Positions 8,511 through 18,391 of a stretch of 64,000 nt of DNA are shown here, piece by piece; position 1 is the stretch's first letter, and each line of letters begins with the position of its first letter. This DNA is from Chloroflexota bacterium (GTDB lineage Bacteria; Chloroflexota; Chloroflexia; Chloroflexales; Roseiflexaceae). A program made the translations under genes and the position numbers. The notes under the pieces were generated by a model. It was not told where the DNA came from and did no database searches. It worked only from the letters and a program-made list of their open reading frames with translations. The stretch is taken from NCBI GenBank assembly GCA_046051665.1, contig JBJONV010000034.1, positions 6,427 to 70,426 of the forward strand. The letters are read 5' to 3'.

Positions 8511-11500
8511 ATGCACCCACAGTCCAGAATTACTCAATGGTGTGACCGCGTGCTCGAATACGGGTGGCTTCTCTGTATCGCGATTATTCCGTCATACTTC
8601 AATTTGCTCTCCGCACGCCATTTTGAACCCGACAAAGCAATCCTCTTCCGTGCGTTCGTGAGTCTGTTGATGGCCATAGCTGTTGTCCGTTGGCTCGATA
8701 CACGCATGGCACCCCAGCGTACACCGTCACCGAAAAGTCCTGGCTATTCCCTGTTGGGGTATAGCATCGTGGCGTACTGTGTGATTTTTGTATTTGCAAC
8801 GGTCACATCAATTGTCCCTGGTATCTCGTTCTGGGGATCATATCAGCGCATGCAAGGGACGTACACCAATCTGTCATACGTGGCATTGGCCATGATTATT
8901 GCCCTGCGCGTACGCACACCATCACAACTCTGGCGCATTGTGTACATCCTCATCGCTTCCGCCATCGTGCCGACCCTGTATGGCTACGTGCAACACCTCG
9001 AGCTCGACCCGCTCCCGTGGAAGGGGGATGTGATCACACGCGTCGCTTCCACCATGGGGAATTCTATTTTTATCGCTGCGTTTCTGATCTTGGTCGTTCC
9101 GTATGCACTCGCAACAGGACTGACACTCCTCAACAAAAACACCTCACAGACTGAACAAAATTCCAACACACTCTTCCGCTTAATCGCTCTAGTGAGTGGC
9201 TTGATTGGTGCGGTAAGCCTGGTGTTTACGGCGATTCAATTCAGCGGCGTCGTCCGTTCCATCGATCTACGATTCTGGTGGGTATACCCTGGTGCTGTAC
9301 TCGTTGCAAGCATGGTGTATATCGGACTCGTCTGGTCACAATCATTGGTCCGTACAGCGCGTTACGCACAGTTTGCACCTGCCGCTGTTGCCACCATCTA
9401 CAGCGTCTGTCTGCTTGTCGGTGCCCAGACCAGCAACGAAGTAAAATTCATTCCTCCTACTGATGGGAGATTCGGAGAAAACTGGATTCTTTGGCTGCTC
9501 GGTTCCGTTGTCTTCATCTGGGGGGCCTTTGTTGCACAAACTGCCACATCCCACCAAGCAGACAAACCAATGCGCGTCGCACGCATACTCGGGTGGCTGT
9601 GTATCGGTTTTGCGCTCGCCGCTCTCGTGACGATTTTCTTCACACAGAGTCGCGGTCCGTGGATCGGCGGTGCTGTCGGGATTTTCTTTTTTGTTACTAT
9701 CGCACTCCTCGACATCCGCCGCCGCGGTGGACCACGAGCGAAACGCGCAACACAACTTTTTCTCGCAGAATGTAGTATGCTTGTCGTCTCTGTCGGATTG
9801 CTGTTGGTGTTCAACTTCAGCACTGCACCCGCAGTCGTACAACTACGTGATGTACCCTACATCGGTCGTATGGGCAAACTCTTCGATGTGAGTTCTGGTA
9901 CCACCGGCGATGTGCGTATGAAGATATGGTTCGGCGACGAACACGGCAAAGGAACCATCGGTCTCATTACTTCTGATCCTCTACGAACCGTGATCGGGTG
10001 GGGACCAGAGAGTATGTTTGTTGCCTACAATGCCTTCTATCCACCCTCTTTGGCCAATATCGAGTCCCGCAGCGCTTCCCCAGATCGGTCCCACCAAGCG
10101 TTCTTGGATGAGCTTGTCAACAAAGGATTACTGGGACTATTTAGCTACATTGCACTCATCGTCACAGCGGTGCTCTACGGATTCAACCTCCTCAAACGAA
10201 CATCCATCGCACCATACCGGTACCTGGTAATTGCTGCGATGAGCAGTATTGTCGCCCACAACATCGAAGGGCTTACCGGGATCCCAGTCGTTGCATCGCT
10301 CATGCTCCAGTGGCTCTCGATTGCTGTGCTCATCTGTGTCGCCACGTTGACCCACCAACCTGACCCTGCAATCGAAACCCTGGCAGCAAGCAGCGCTCCT
10401 TCCTTGCAAACTGCAAAACCCGGACAAACAGGTCGGCGACGGCCGACCACTGTACAACAAAAGCCTGTTCTTTCGTCCACCGAGTCGTCGCCATTGCAAT
10501 ATCTCAGTTCTGCATTGATTTTGGTGCTAGGCATTTCGAGCGCATGGTCTTTCAACCTTGATAACGCGCTGGCAGACATGCGCTTCCAGCAAGGTACCAG
10601 CTATGCCGAAGCGGCAACAAATTCAGGCAACACGGATCAGCAAATCATCGGGCTTTCGTACTTCCTCGATGCAATCCGCATGGAACCCAACCAAGATTAC
10701 TACTACCTCAGCGCCGGACGTTCACTCCTCAATCTTGCAGACTCCAAGCGCCGCATCGGTGGGAATGCAATCGCCTCACAACCCTCGGAACTACGCGAGC
10801 TCCTTTCCAAAGAGTCTGCTATCGACATCAAAGACTACATCGAACCGCGTGCAACGCACGACATCGTGAAGCTCGCCGAATCAATGCTTTTGGCCGCGCA
10901 TGATTTGAACCAATACAACAAAGATCACTTCGCCAATCTCGCACGACTCTATACGTTTTGGTATACGCGCGTCGAACAATCGCCCGAACTCGATGCTGCT
11001 ATCCTTTCTTGGTTCGAAAAGGGTGTTGCGAACGCCCCCAACGATGTCAGCATACTCAACGAATATACCGGCGCACTCATCAATCGCGCCAACCGTCTGC
11101 GTGACACCAATCCAGCAGAATCAGCACGCATGCGAGAGCAAGCGCACGCCGCCCTCGAGCGGTCAATGGAACTCGACCCCAAATACAGTGACACTGCAAT
11201 TCGCATAGCAGATTTGCGCTATGCAGACGGCAAATATACTGAAGCGATGCCCCTTTATGCCGAAATCCTGAAGAACAATCCCCACGCCCTTGATGGCCAG
11301 ATATCAACCATCGTAGACCAGCTGTCGGGCACCCCCGTACTCCTCGAACAACTGCGCACAGCCTATAAGGCAACTCCGTACCAAAACGACCGATTGCTTT
11401 TATCGATCCTCGGTCTTATCGCGAGTCGCTTGCAGAACTATCCCGAAGCAATAGCCGCTTTTGGTCAACTCGTTGCTATCCAACCCAACAGCATCGAGGC

Positions 11501-11663
11501 CTTACAAAACTACACCATCGTTCTCAGCAATGGGCTCGAATACGAGAATGCCGCCATTCAGGCGGATAACCTTGTCGCCCTCGCAACAACGCAGCAACTG
11601 CCCGAACAAACGGTTGCCCTGTACCAACAACTGGTCGACTTCCTCCGCGCAAAGGCTCCATAA
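8511..11663 (+). CDS. Polytopic O-antigen ligase-like (Wzy_C) membrane protein with C-terminal TPR repeats
   Basis: More than 10 predicted TM segments. FFTQSRGPWIGG motif typical of O-antigen ligase/polymerase. The C-terminal ~350 aa form a TPR-like helical repeat. Confidence 0.7.
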   Translation: MHPQSRITQWCDRVLEYGWLLCIAIIPSYFNLLSARHFEPDKAILFRAFVSLLMAIAVVRWLDTRMAPQRTPSPKSPGYSLLGYSIVAYCVIFVFATVTSIVPGISFWGSYQRMQGTYTNLSYVALAMIIALRVRTPSQLWRIVYILIASAIVPTLYGYVQHLELDPLPWKGDVITRVASTMGNSIFIAAFLILVVPYALATGLTLLNKNTSQTEQNSNTLFRLIALVSGLIGAVSLVFTAIQFSGVVRSIDLRFWWVYPGAVLVASMVYIGLVWSQSLVRTARYAQFAPAAVATIYSVCLLVGAQTSNEVKFIPPTDGRFGENWILWLLGSVVFIWGAFVAQTATSHQADKPMRVARILGWLCIGFALAALVTIFFTQSRGPWIGGAVGIFFFVTIALLDIRRRGGPRAKRATQLFLAECSMLVVSVGLLLVFNFSTAPAVVQLRDVPYIGRMGKLFDVSSGTTGDVRMKIWFGDEHGKGTIGLITSDPLRTVIGWGPESMFVAYNAFYPPSLANIESRSASPDRSHQAFLDELVNKGLLGLFSYIALIVTAVLYGFNLLKRTSIAPYRYLVIAAMSSIVAHNIEGLTGIPVVASLMLQWLSIAVLICVATLTHQPDPAIETLAASSAPSLQTAKPGQTGRRRPTTVQQKPVLSSTESSPLQYLSSALILVLGISSAWSFNLDNALADMRFQQGTSYAEAATNSGNTDQQIIGLSYFLDAIRMEPNQDYYYLSAGRSLLNLADSKRRIGGNAIASQPSELRELLSKESAIDIKDYIEPRATHDIVKLAESMLLAAHDLNQYNKDHFANLARLYTFWYTRVEQSPELDAAILSWFEKGVANAPNDVSILNEYTGALINRANRLRDTNPAESARMREQAHAALERSMELDPKYSDTAIRIADLRYADGKYTEAMPLYAEILKNNPHALDGQISTIVDQLSGTPVLLEQLRTAYKATPYQNDRLLLSILGLIASRLQNYPEAIAAFGQLVAIQPNSIEALQNYTIVLSNGLEYENAAIQADNLVALATTQQLPEQTVALYQQLVDFLRAKAP

Positions 11664-11730
11664 TTTTCAAACAAGCTGCGTGTCTGTCTTGTTTTTATGA
11701 CCTGCGGAAGAACGCCGATTTCAAAAGAAC

Positions 11731-11771
11731 ACAAAAAGACCCCAGCTCCTGCATGTGCAGTTGCTGGGGTC
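11731..11771 (-). terminator. Rho-independent terminator after the HU gene
   Basis: Stem GACCCCAGC...GCTGGGGTC (11738-11771), followed on the minus strand by TTTTTGTG. Confidence 0.7.
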
Positions 11772-11785
11772 TTCCGCTTGGGGTA

Positions 11786-12058
11786 TTACTTGACCTGTGA
11801 CTTCAAGGTGCTGCTTGCGCTGAACCCTGGGGTCTTGGTTGCGGGGATCTTGATCTTGGCGCCGGTCTGTGGGTTGACGCCTTCGCGTGCTTGGCGCTGG
11901 CGAACTTCGAACGTACCGAAGCCGGTCAACGTGACCTTCTCGCCGCTCTTGAGCTGCTCTGCAATTACTTCCAACGCTGCATCGATAATTTCCTTGGTGT
12001 CCTTCTGGGACATCGAGGACTTTTCGGCAACTGCCTTGACGAAATCTGTTTTCTGCAT
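11786..12058 (-). CDS. hup: DNA-binding protein HU
   Basis: 90 aa. Signature GFGTFEVRQRQAREGVNPQTGAKIKIPA. Confidence 0.9.
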   Translation of the reverse strand: MQKTDFVKAVAEKSSMSQKDTKEIIDAALEVIAEQLKSGEKVTLTGFGTFEVRQRQAREGVNPQTGAKIKIPATKTPGFSASSTLKSQVK

Positions 12059-12095
12059 TGCTGTATCCTTTATCTCGACGCAAATACCATATTAA

Positions 12096-12124
12096 GATAT
12101 ATCGCATTTCAAACAATAAGTCAA
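12096..12124 (-). promoter_or_regulatory. Candidate sigma-70-type promoter of the HU gene
   Basis: On the minus strand: TTGACT (12124-12119), a 17-nt spacer, then TATATC (12101-12096), about 40 nt upstream of the ATG. Motif-only call. Confidence 0.3.
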
Positions 12125-13021
12125 GGAAATGTAAGTCAATTTTGAAAAGTGTAAAATTTTAGCGTTTTAAGCTAAAAGTTGCGAAAACAGAAGAATTTCT
12201 TCATACAATTAACACTCTGCCCCGCTTATGTCTGCTTCAGTATATCGAGACAAAAAGATCAGTCTCCGGATGCGCTGCTGAGCACAGGTGCAAAGCATCT
12301 CAATGCGAACATGGGGCACAGCACCAGGAATCATCAAATACTATATTCGTATCGTTTTTTTGACATTATATTAAATATTCTAAATCTACAAGAAAAGTAA
12401 AGATATTCAAGAACACACTGCTATACTGATTTGATATTTATAAGATTATACAAAATGCCTCTAGAATGCCAAATTAATTAAAAATATTTTCGATAACATG
12501 AGCGTAGATTCGATATCTCAGAATAAACTCCATTGGAGCAGATACAAAAACTCTATACAGTAAGAATTATCGATACCGTGCAATATCAGAAAAATAGAAC
12601 CAGATTTTTCAAATATAAATGATTTATTTTTAGGATTCTAGAAATTCTTGAGTCGAAAAACCGAAACAACACATTAAAAACCAATCCGTGCGACGTCTGA
12701 TTTTGACGTATACAGTGTATATACATCACTCCAATGCGGAATCACATAGCAACGAATCCATTAATCGAAGTTAACACGATAAAAATTGCGCAAATCAAAT
12801 CGATCCTCAAAAAAACATACCATTCATGTTTGCAATGCTGTAATTCGCAAAAAGAATTATTTCAAGCATCGCATTGCATAGTGTTTCCAAAAAATCCTGG
12901 CACGAGCATCATTCCCAGTGTCACACCAGAACTTCTACATACGTTGTGCGAAGTTTAACACACTGTGATGCGGAAAATTCTGTTTTTACAAACAATTGTT
13001 TATATTTAATAAAACAAACAA

Positions 13022-13055
13022 TAAAAAGAGCAGGCCTCTTATTCAGAAGCCTGCC
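13022..13055 (-). terminator. Rho-independent terminator after the aldehyde dehydrogenase gene
   Basis: Stem GCAGGC...GCCTGC (13030-13054), followed on the minus strand by TCTTTTTATT. Confidence 0.65.
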
Positions 13056-13077
13056 CGTAGAATGAGTCAACTCTCAG

Positions 13078-14520
13078 TTAATTGCCGTCGATATAGATCG
13101 CCTTCTCTTGTGAGAAGAATTCCACGGCGCCTTTCCCCATCTCGCGGAACATCCCTGATCCGCTGTTCTTGAAACCACCAAACGGCGCCTGTATCGACAC
13201 GCCTGCAGTCGGTTGATTCACCTTTAACATGCCTGCCTCTGCTTGGTCAGCAAAGCGAATTGCTTGGCGCAAATCATTAGTCACAATCGTTGCCGAAAGA
13301 CCGTACGCAATGTCGTTCGACATCGCAAGCGCCTCGTTGATGTCACCAGCTTGGAGGATACCGATAACGGGACCGAATACTTCCTCTTGTGCAATACGCA
13401 TGCCAGGAGTCACACCGGTGATGACCGTTGGGCGTACAAAGTATCCATCCCCTGTTACTTCATTGCCTCCTAGCACCACTTCAGCGCCTTGTTCGGCGGC
13501 GATAGCAACATACTGTTGGTCGATATCACGTTGTGCACCGCTCACCGCTGGGCCCATCGTCACACCGTCGATCAGTCCTGGACCAACGACGATTTTTTGT
13601 GCTGCAGCAATGAGCCGACGCGAAAACTCGTCGACAATCGACTTGTCGACAATGACGCGGCTGGTGGCTGTGCATGCTTGCCCGGTCAGGCCATAGCCAC
13701 CACGCACAACGATGTTGACCGCTTTGTCTATATCAGCATCTGCAGCCACGATGACGGGATTTTTCCCACCCATCTCGAGGTGTGTGCGCGTCAAGCGCAG
13801 CGCCGTCTTTTGATACAAGGCGTGTCCGACTGCATATGATCCGGTGAACGAAACCGCCTTGATACGTGCGTCGGTCGCCAGCTGGTCGCCGATGACCGCA
13901 CCACTGCCGGTAACACAATTCACGACACCTGCAGGGACGCCCGCCTCATGGAGCGCACCCATCAAGCGCAATGCCATCAATGGCGTCGCAGAGGCTGGTT
14001 TGAGGACAACCGTATTGCCCATGACCAATGCCGGTGCCATCTTCCAGACGGGGATGGAGAGTGGGAAATTCCAAGGGGTAATAATCGCTACAGCCCCCAA
14101 TGGCACCCGTTTGCTATAGAGCAACGTGTTCGTGGTATCTGCAGGGAGAACATCACCACCGACGCGCCATGCTTCACCCGCAAAATAACGGAACACTTCC
14201 ACAGCGCGGACGACTTCCATGCGTGCTTCGGTGCGCGTTTTGCCTTCCTCGCGGGTCAATTCGGCTGCCCATGCATCGATTTGTCCTTCGATGATGTTGG
14301 CTGCTTTATAGAGGATTCGTCCGCGTTCTGGTGCAGGCCGTGACGCCCAACTCGCAAATGCCGCGTGCGCTGCCGCAATCGCCTGATCGACGTCTGCAGC
14401 GGTAGATTTGGGAGCATACCCGACGAGGTCGTTCGTGTCAGCGGGATTGCGAATTTCGGTATACGAATCACCAGTCGGGGCAACCCACTCACCGCCGATA
14501 AAGTTCTTTTGCTTTTCCAT
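13078..14520 (-). CDS. NAD(P)-dependent aldehyde dehydrogenase (succinate-semialdehyde/aminobutyraldehyde DH-like)
   Basis: Catalytic Glu motif LEMGGKNP and Cys motif GQACTATSR. ATG 14520 preceded by GAGGA is preferred over TTG 14538. Confidence 0.85.
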   Translation of the reverse strand: MEKQKNFIGGEWVAPTGDSYTEIRNPADTNDLVGYAPKSTAADVDQAIAAAHAAFASWASRPAPERGRILYKAANIIEGQIDAWAAELTREEGKTRTEARMEVVRAVEVFRYFAGEAWRVGGDVLPADTTNTLLYSKRVPLGAVAIITPWNFPLSIPVWKMAPALVMGNTVVLKPASATPLMALRLMGALHEAGVPAGVVNCVTGSGAVIGDQLATDARIKAVSFTGSYAVGHALYQKTALRLTRTHLEMGGKNPVIVAADADIDKAVNIVVRGGYGLTGQACTATSRVIVDKSIVDEFSRRLIAAAQKIVVGPGLIDGVTMGPAVSGAQRDIDQQYVAIAAEQGAEVVLGGNEVTGDGYFVRPTVITGVTPGMRIAQEEVFGPVIGILQAGDINEALAMSNDIAYGLSATIVTNDLRQAIRFADQAEAGMLKVNQPTAGVSIQAPFGGFKNSGSGMFREMGKGAVEFFSQEKAIYIDGN

Positions 14521-14549
14521 ATATTCCTCGTGATACAACCAGAATCAAG

Positions 14550-15173
14550 TTACGGCCGATAATCCGGGTTGTCATAGACAATCAGCGTTGCATCGTTGCC
14601 CAGCAACTCGTCGTGCAGGTAGTCGCGGATAATCCCACGTACCACGTAGCCGTTTTTGAGCTGTGGTGTCAACGTCGGGTCTTTCAGCTCGCCGCTCGAT
14701 ACTTTGGCAGCGTATTCCTCGAGCGACATCTGTGCTTTATAGAACCGATACCCTGGCACCATGCCACCACCGACCATACCACGCAAGTTGAGTCGCTTGA
14801 TGAGATCACGTCGTGCCTGATACAGCAACGAGGCAAGCCCTTTTTGACGAAAATCCGGATGCGTGCTCATATCGGCACCGTACAGCCACTCACCCGTTGG
14901 TTCGTGCGTGGTGAAGTAGCCTTGGGCAATGACATCATCGAAGGAGTGTTGTGCATGTTCGAAATCGACATGCTGGCGGAGTGTCGAGCTCATCGCCACC
15001 GGCCGCCCTTCAAAAAGCGCCACATGCTGCCCTTCTGGGAAGATCCGCAATTGACTCTCGAGGTGTGGGCGCCGCATCAAATGTGATGGATCGAGGGTTG
15101 GATAACACAATCGCTGGATCTCTTCGAGCGCATCGATGTGTGCTGGAGCCGTATTGACGACGGTGAATTGCAT
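14550..15173 (-). CDS. GNAT-family N-acetyltransferase
   Basis: Acetyl-CoA pocket motif HPDFRQKGLASLLYQARRDL (Q/RxxGxA). 207 aa. Confidence 0.7.
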   Translation of the reverse strand: MQFTVVNTAPAHIDALEEIQRLCYPTLDPSHLMRRPHLESQLRIFPEGQHVALFEGRPVAMSSTLRQHVDFEHAQHSFDDVIAQGYFTTHEPTGEWLYGADMSTHPDFRQKGLASLLYQARRDLIKRLNLRGMVGGGMVPGYRFYKAQMSLEEYAAKVSSGELKDPTLTPQLKNGYVVRGIIRDYLHDELLGNDATLIVYDNPDYRP

Positions 15174-15181
15174 CAGGACTC

Positions 15182-16504
15182 CTAGAGTGATTTCATCGCA
15201 GCTTCGAGGACATCGAGGCCTTCTTGGAGTTGCTCATCGGTAATGACCAACGGCATCAGCAACCGGATACAGTTGGTGTACAGACCGGCGCGCATCGTAA
15301 TGACCCCATGTTGCAAGCAGTATGTCGCGACTTTGGCGACGGCATCTGGATCTGGCTCGCGGGTGGTGCGATCTTTGACGAACTCGATGGCAATCATGCC
15401 ACCCAGGCCTCGAACATCACCAATCCCGGGGAACTGCTTGGTCCATTGTTCACCACGTGCACGAATCTGCCCACCAATGGAGGCTGCACGCTCGAGCAAA
15501 TCGCCATCTTGGAACTGGTTCAACACCTCGAGGGCAGCAGCACAGGCAAGCGGGTTGCCGCCATAGGTACCACCGATGCCGCCAATGTGCACGCTGTCCA
15601 TCAGATGTGCGCGGCCGGTGACTGCGGCGAGCGGCATGCCTGCAGCAATCGATTTCGCGGTGACGATGATATCTGGCTCGACACCCATCTGCTCCATGGC
15701 AAACAAGGTGCCGGTACGACCAAAACCACACTGCACTTCGTCTGCGATGAGGACAATCCCATGCTTGTCACACAGTGCCCGCAAGCGCTTCATGTAGCTC
15801 GGTGGCACAGGGATAAAGCCGCCTTCACCTTGGACCGGTTCGATGATGATGGCAGCAACGGACGATGGCTCTACATGCGTCAGAAGCATTTTCTCGAGCT
15901 GATCAGCACAGGCACCGCTACATGCATTGGTACACATGGCGCATTGGTACTCGTACGGGAACGGTGCGCGGTAGACATCGGGGAAGAATGGTCCCAGGTT
16001 TTTCTTGAATGTTGTCTTTGATGTCAACGACAACGTCATCAACGTACGGCCATGATACCCACCCTCGAAAGCGATAATGGCCGTACGGCCGGTGGCATAC
16101 TTTGCGATTTTGATGGCGTTTTCGACTGCTTCTGCACCACTGTTGGCCAGGATCGTTTTATTTGGTCCGCTGATGGGAACGGCTTCGTTGAGGCGCTCGC
16201 ACAATGCAACATAGCTTTCGTAGGTGCCGACGAGGGCCGAAAAGTGGAGGAGCTTTTGTGCCTGATCGGTGATTGCATTGACGATTTCGGGCATGGCATG
16301 ACCAGCGTTGAGCACGCCGATACCACCGACAAAATCGATATAGGTGTTGCCGTCGACGTCTGTCACCAACGCCCCTTTGGCGCTTTCGATGGCAATGGGA
16401 TGTGCTTTATAGAGGCCACTTGGAACAGCTGCTTCACGTCGTGCAACGACTTCTTTTGATTTCGGACCGGGGATTGCCGTTTTCAAATTGATGCTCGGCG
16501 CCAT
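15182..16504 (-). CDS. Class-III PLP aminotransferase (4-aminobutyrate/omega-amine type)
   Basis: DEVQCGFGRTG motif and PLP-lysine context IIVTAKSIAAG. ATG 16504 (MAPSINLKTAIPGPKS) is preferred over GTG 16552. Confidence 0.85.
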   Translation of the reverse strand: MAPSINLKTAIPGPKSKEVVARREAAVPSGLYKAHPIAIESAKGALVTDVDGNTYIDFVGGIGVLNAGHAMPEIVNAITDQAQKLLHFSALVGTYESYVALCERLNEAVPISGPNKTILANSGAEAVENAIKIAKYATGRTAIIAFEGGYHGRTLMTLSLTSKTTFKKNLGPFFPDVYRAPFPYEYQCAMCTNACSGACADQLEKMLLTHVEPSSVAAIIIEPVQGEGGFIPVPPSYMKRLRALCDKHGIVLIADEVQCGFGRTGTLFAMEQMGVEPDIIVTAKSIAAGMPLAAVTGRAHLMDSVHIGGIGGTYGGNPLACAAALEVLNQFQDGDLLERAASIGGQIRARGEQWTKQFPGIGDVRGLGGMIAIEFVKDRTTREPDPDAVAKVATYCLQHGVITMRAGLYTNCIRLLMPLVITDEQLQEGLDVLEAAMKSL

Positions 16505-16567
16505 CGCATTGCTCACTTTCTTATAGAAAAGGGAATACACCAATCGTACCACTGTTCACCAATACTC

Positions 16568-18352
16568 TTATGCGCCTCCGAGCTGCTCGGCATACTGGAG
16601 CCGATACAGCCGTGCATAGAATCCATTGAGCGCGAGGAGTTCTTCGTGAGAACCGTCCTCGACCAGTTCACCGCGATGGAGCACGATGATGCGATCGACG
16701 TTGCGGATGGTGGATAACCGATGCGCGATAACAATCGACGTGCGACCCTTCAACAAGCGCTGCACCGCGGTCTGCATAATTGCCTCGGTCTCGGTATCGA
16801 CACTCGATGTGGCTTCGTCGAGGATGAGCAACACATCCGGATTAAACGCCATCGCACGTGCAAAAGCCAGTAATTGGCGTTGCCCGACCGATAAGTTCGA
16901 GCCGCGCTCGCGCACTTCGTACTGATAGGTACCAGGGAGGTGATCGATGAAGGTCGCAGCGCCCGAAATTTCGGCTGCCCATTTGACTCGCTCGTCGGTG
17001 ATGGTTTCGTCATGGAGTCGGATATTCTGCAGAATCGTTCCGCTGAAGCAGGTCGGATCCTGCGGCACTGCGCCGACATGCAGGCGGAGCTCGTGTTGCG
17101 GCACCGAACGGATGTCGACGCCGTCGAGCCGTATCGAGCCGGATTGGATGTCGTAGAAGCGCGCCATCAAGCTGACCAACGACGTTTTTCCTGCTCCCGT
17201 TGCACCGACAACAGCCACCGATTGCCCTGCCGGGATGGTAAATGACACCCCTTTGAGCACGGGTTCATCTGGGTTATACCCAAAGACGACATTGTCGAAG
17301 GCAATCTCGCCGCGGACCGGTGTAGGCAGTGCAACAGGATGCTCTGGATCACGGATGCCTTCTGGAGTATCGAGCACACCGAAGATACGTTCGGACGAGG
17401 CCATGGCGCTTTGGAGTGTGTTGTAGCGCTCTGCCAATTGCCGGATCGGTCCAAATGCTTGTTCGTTGTAGAGGGTGAATGCAACCAGCAATCCAATCGA
17501 GGCGTATTCGGCAAACACGAGTTGGCTTCCTAACAACAACAATACCGCTGTTGCAGTAACCGAAATAAGGTTGATGGTAGGGAAGAATACCGCAAACGTG
17601 TTGTTGGATTTGAACTGCGAATCGAGGTACTTCGTGCTCATATCGGCGAAGTACTCTTTACTCTTCGGCTCACGACCAAACAGCTGCGTCACCAACACAC
17701 CGGTGATTTGCTCGTTCAGATACGCGTTAATACGGGCCAAACGCTGGCGCATCTCGCGGTATGTCGCCCGCATGATTTTCTGGAAGATAATCGTCGAGAT
17801 AATCACCACGGGGAACATGATGAACGACACCAGTGCCAAGCGCCAGCTCAGGATGAGCATGGTTGCAATGACAAAAATCAAGCGCACGAGGTCTCCGAGG
17901 AGTGCGACGGTCCCCTGCGTGATGAATTCGTTGAGGGCATCGACGTCGTTGGTAATGCGGGTCAGTAATCGACCGACGGGGTTACGATCAAAAAAACTCA
18001 AGCTCATGCGTTGCACATGGCTGAAAATCACCATGCGAATGTCGATGATAACTTTTTGAGACATCACCTGCATCGTGTAGTTTTGGGCATATCGAAAACC
18101 GAATGCTGCTATCAACGTCACGATATATGTGATGAAGATGGGCAGAATACCCTCAACATTGTTTTCTGCAATCGGACCATCGATTGCGGTACGGAGCAAA
18201 TACGGCGGCACTAACTCGACCAGTGCGCCACCAATCATCAGCCCGATTGCCAAAAAGAGTTGCCATTTATACGGCCAGACAAACCCGAGCAGACGCTTGA
18301 CTAAGCGTCCGTCATAGGCTTTTCCCAATATTTCGTCGTCATAGACTGTCAT
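16568..18352 (-). CDS. ABC exporter, fused permease/ATPase (heterodimer partner B)
   Basis: 6-TM domain, Walker A GATGAGKTS, signature LSVGQRQ, Walker B LLILDEATS. Confidence 0.85.
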   Translation of the reverse strand: MTVYDDEILGKAYDGRLVKRLLGFVWPYKWQLFLAIGLMIGGALVELVPPYLLRTAIDGPIAENNVEGILPIFITYIVTLIAAFGFRYAQNYTMQVMSQKVIIDIRMVIFSHVQRMSLSFFDRNPVGRLLTRITNDVDALNEFITQGTVALLGDLVRLIFVIATMLILSWRLALVSFIMFPVVIISTIIFQKIMRATYREMRQRLARINAYLNEQITGVLVTQLFGREPKSKEYFADMSTKYLDSQFKSNNTFAVFFPTINLISVTATAVLLLLGSQLVFAEYASIGLLVAFTLYNEQAFGPIRQLAERYNTLQSAMASSERIFGVLDTPEGIRDPEHPVALPTPVRGEIAFDNVVFGYNPDEPVLKGVSFTIPAGQSVAVVGATGAGKTSLVSLMARFYDIQSGSIRLDGVDIRSVPQHELRLHVGAVPQDPTCFSGTILQNIRLHDETITDERVKWAAEISGAATFIDHLPGTYQYEVRERGSNLSVGQRQLLAFARAMAFNPDVLLILDEATSSVDTETEAIMQTAVQRLLKGRTSIVIAHRLSTIRNVDRIIVLHRGELVEDGSHEELLALNGFYARLYRLQYAEQLGGA

Positions 18353-18391
18353 GGTGCGTTCCTGTATCTGTGTCGTATTGACTGGATTGCG

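Noticed and set aside
12179-12958. 73- and 74-aa ORFs inside the AT-rich island. The same applies to the 67- and 69-aa ORFs at 61832-62075.
   Set aside because: Their Phe/Tyr/Ile/Asn/Lys-rich composition is what AT-rich non-coding DNA produces. There is no RBS or recognisable domain.
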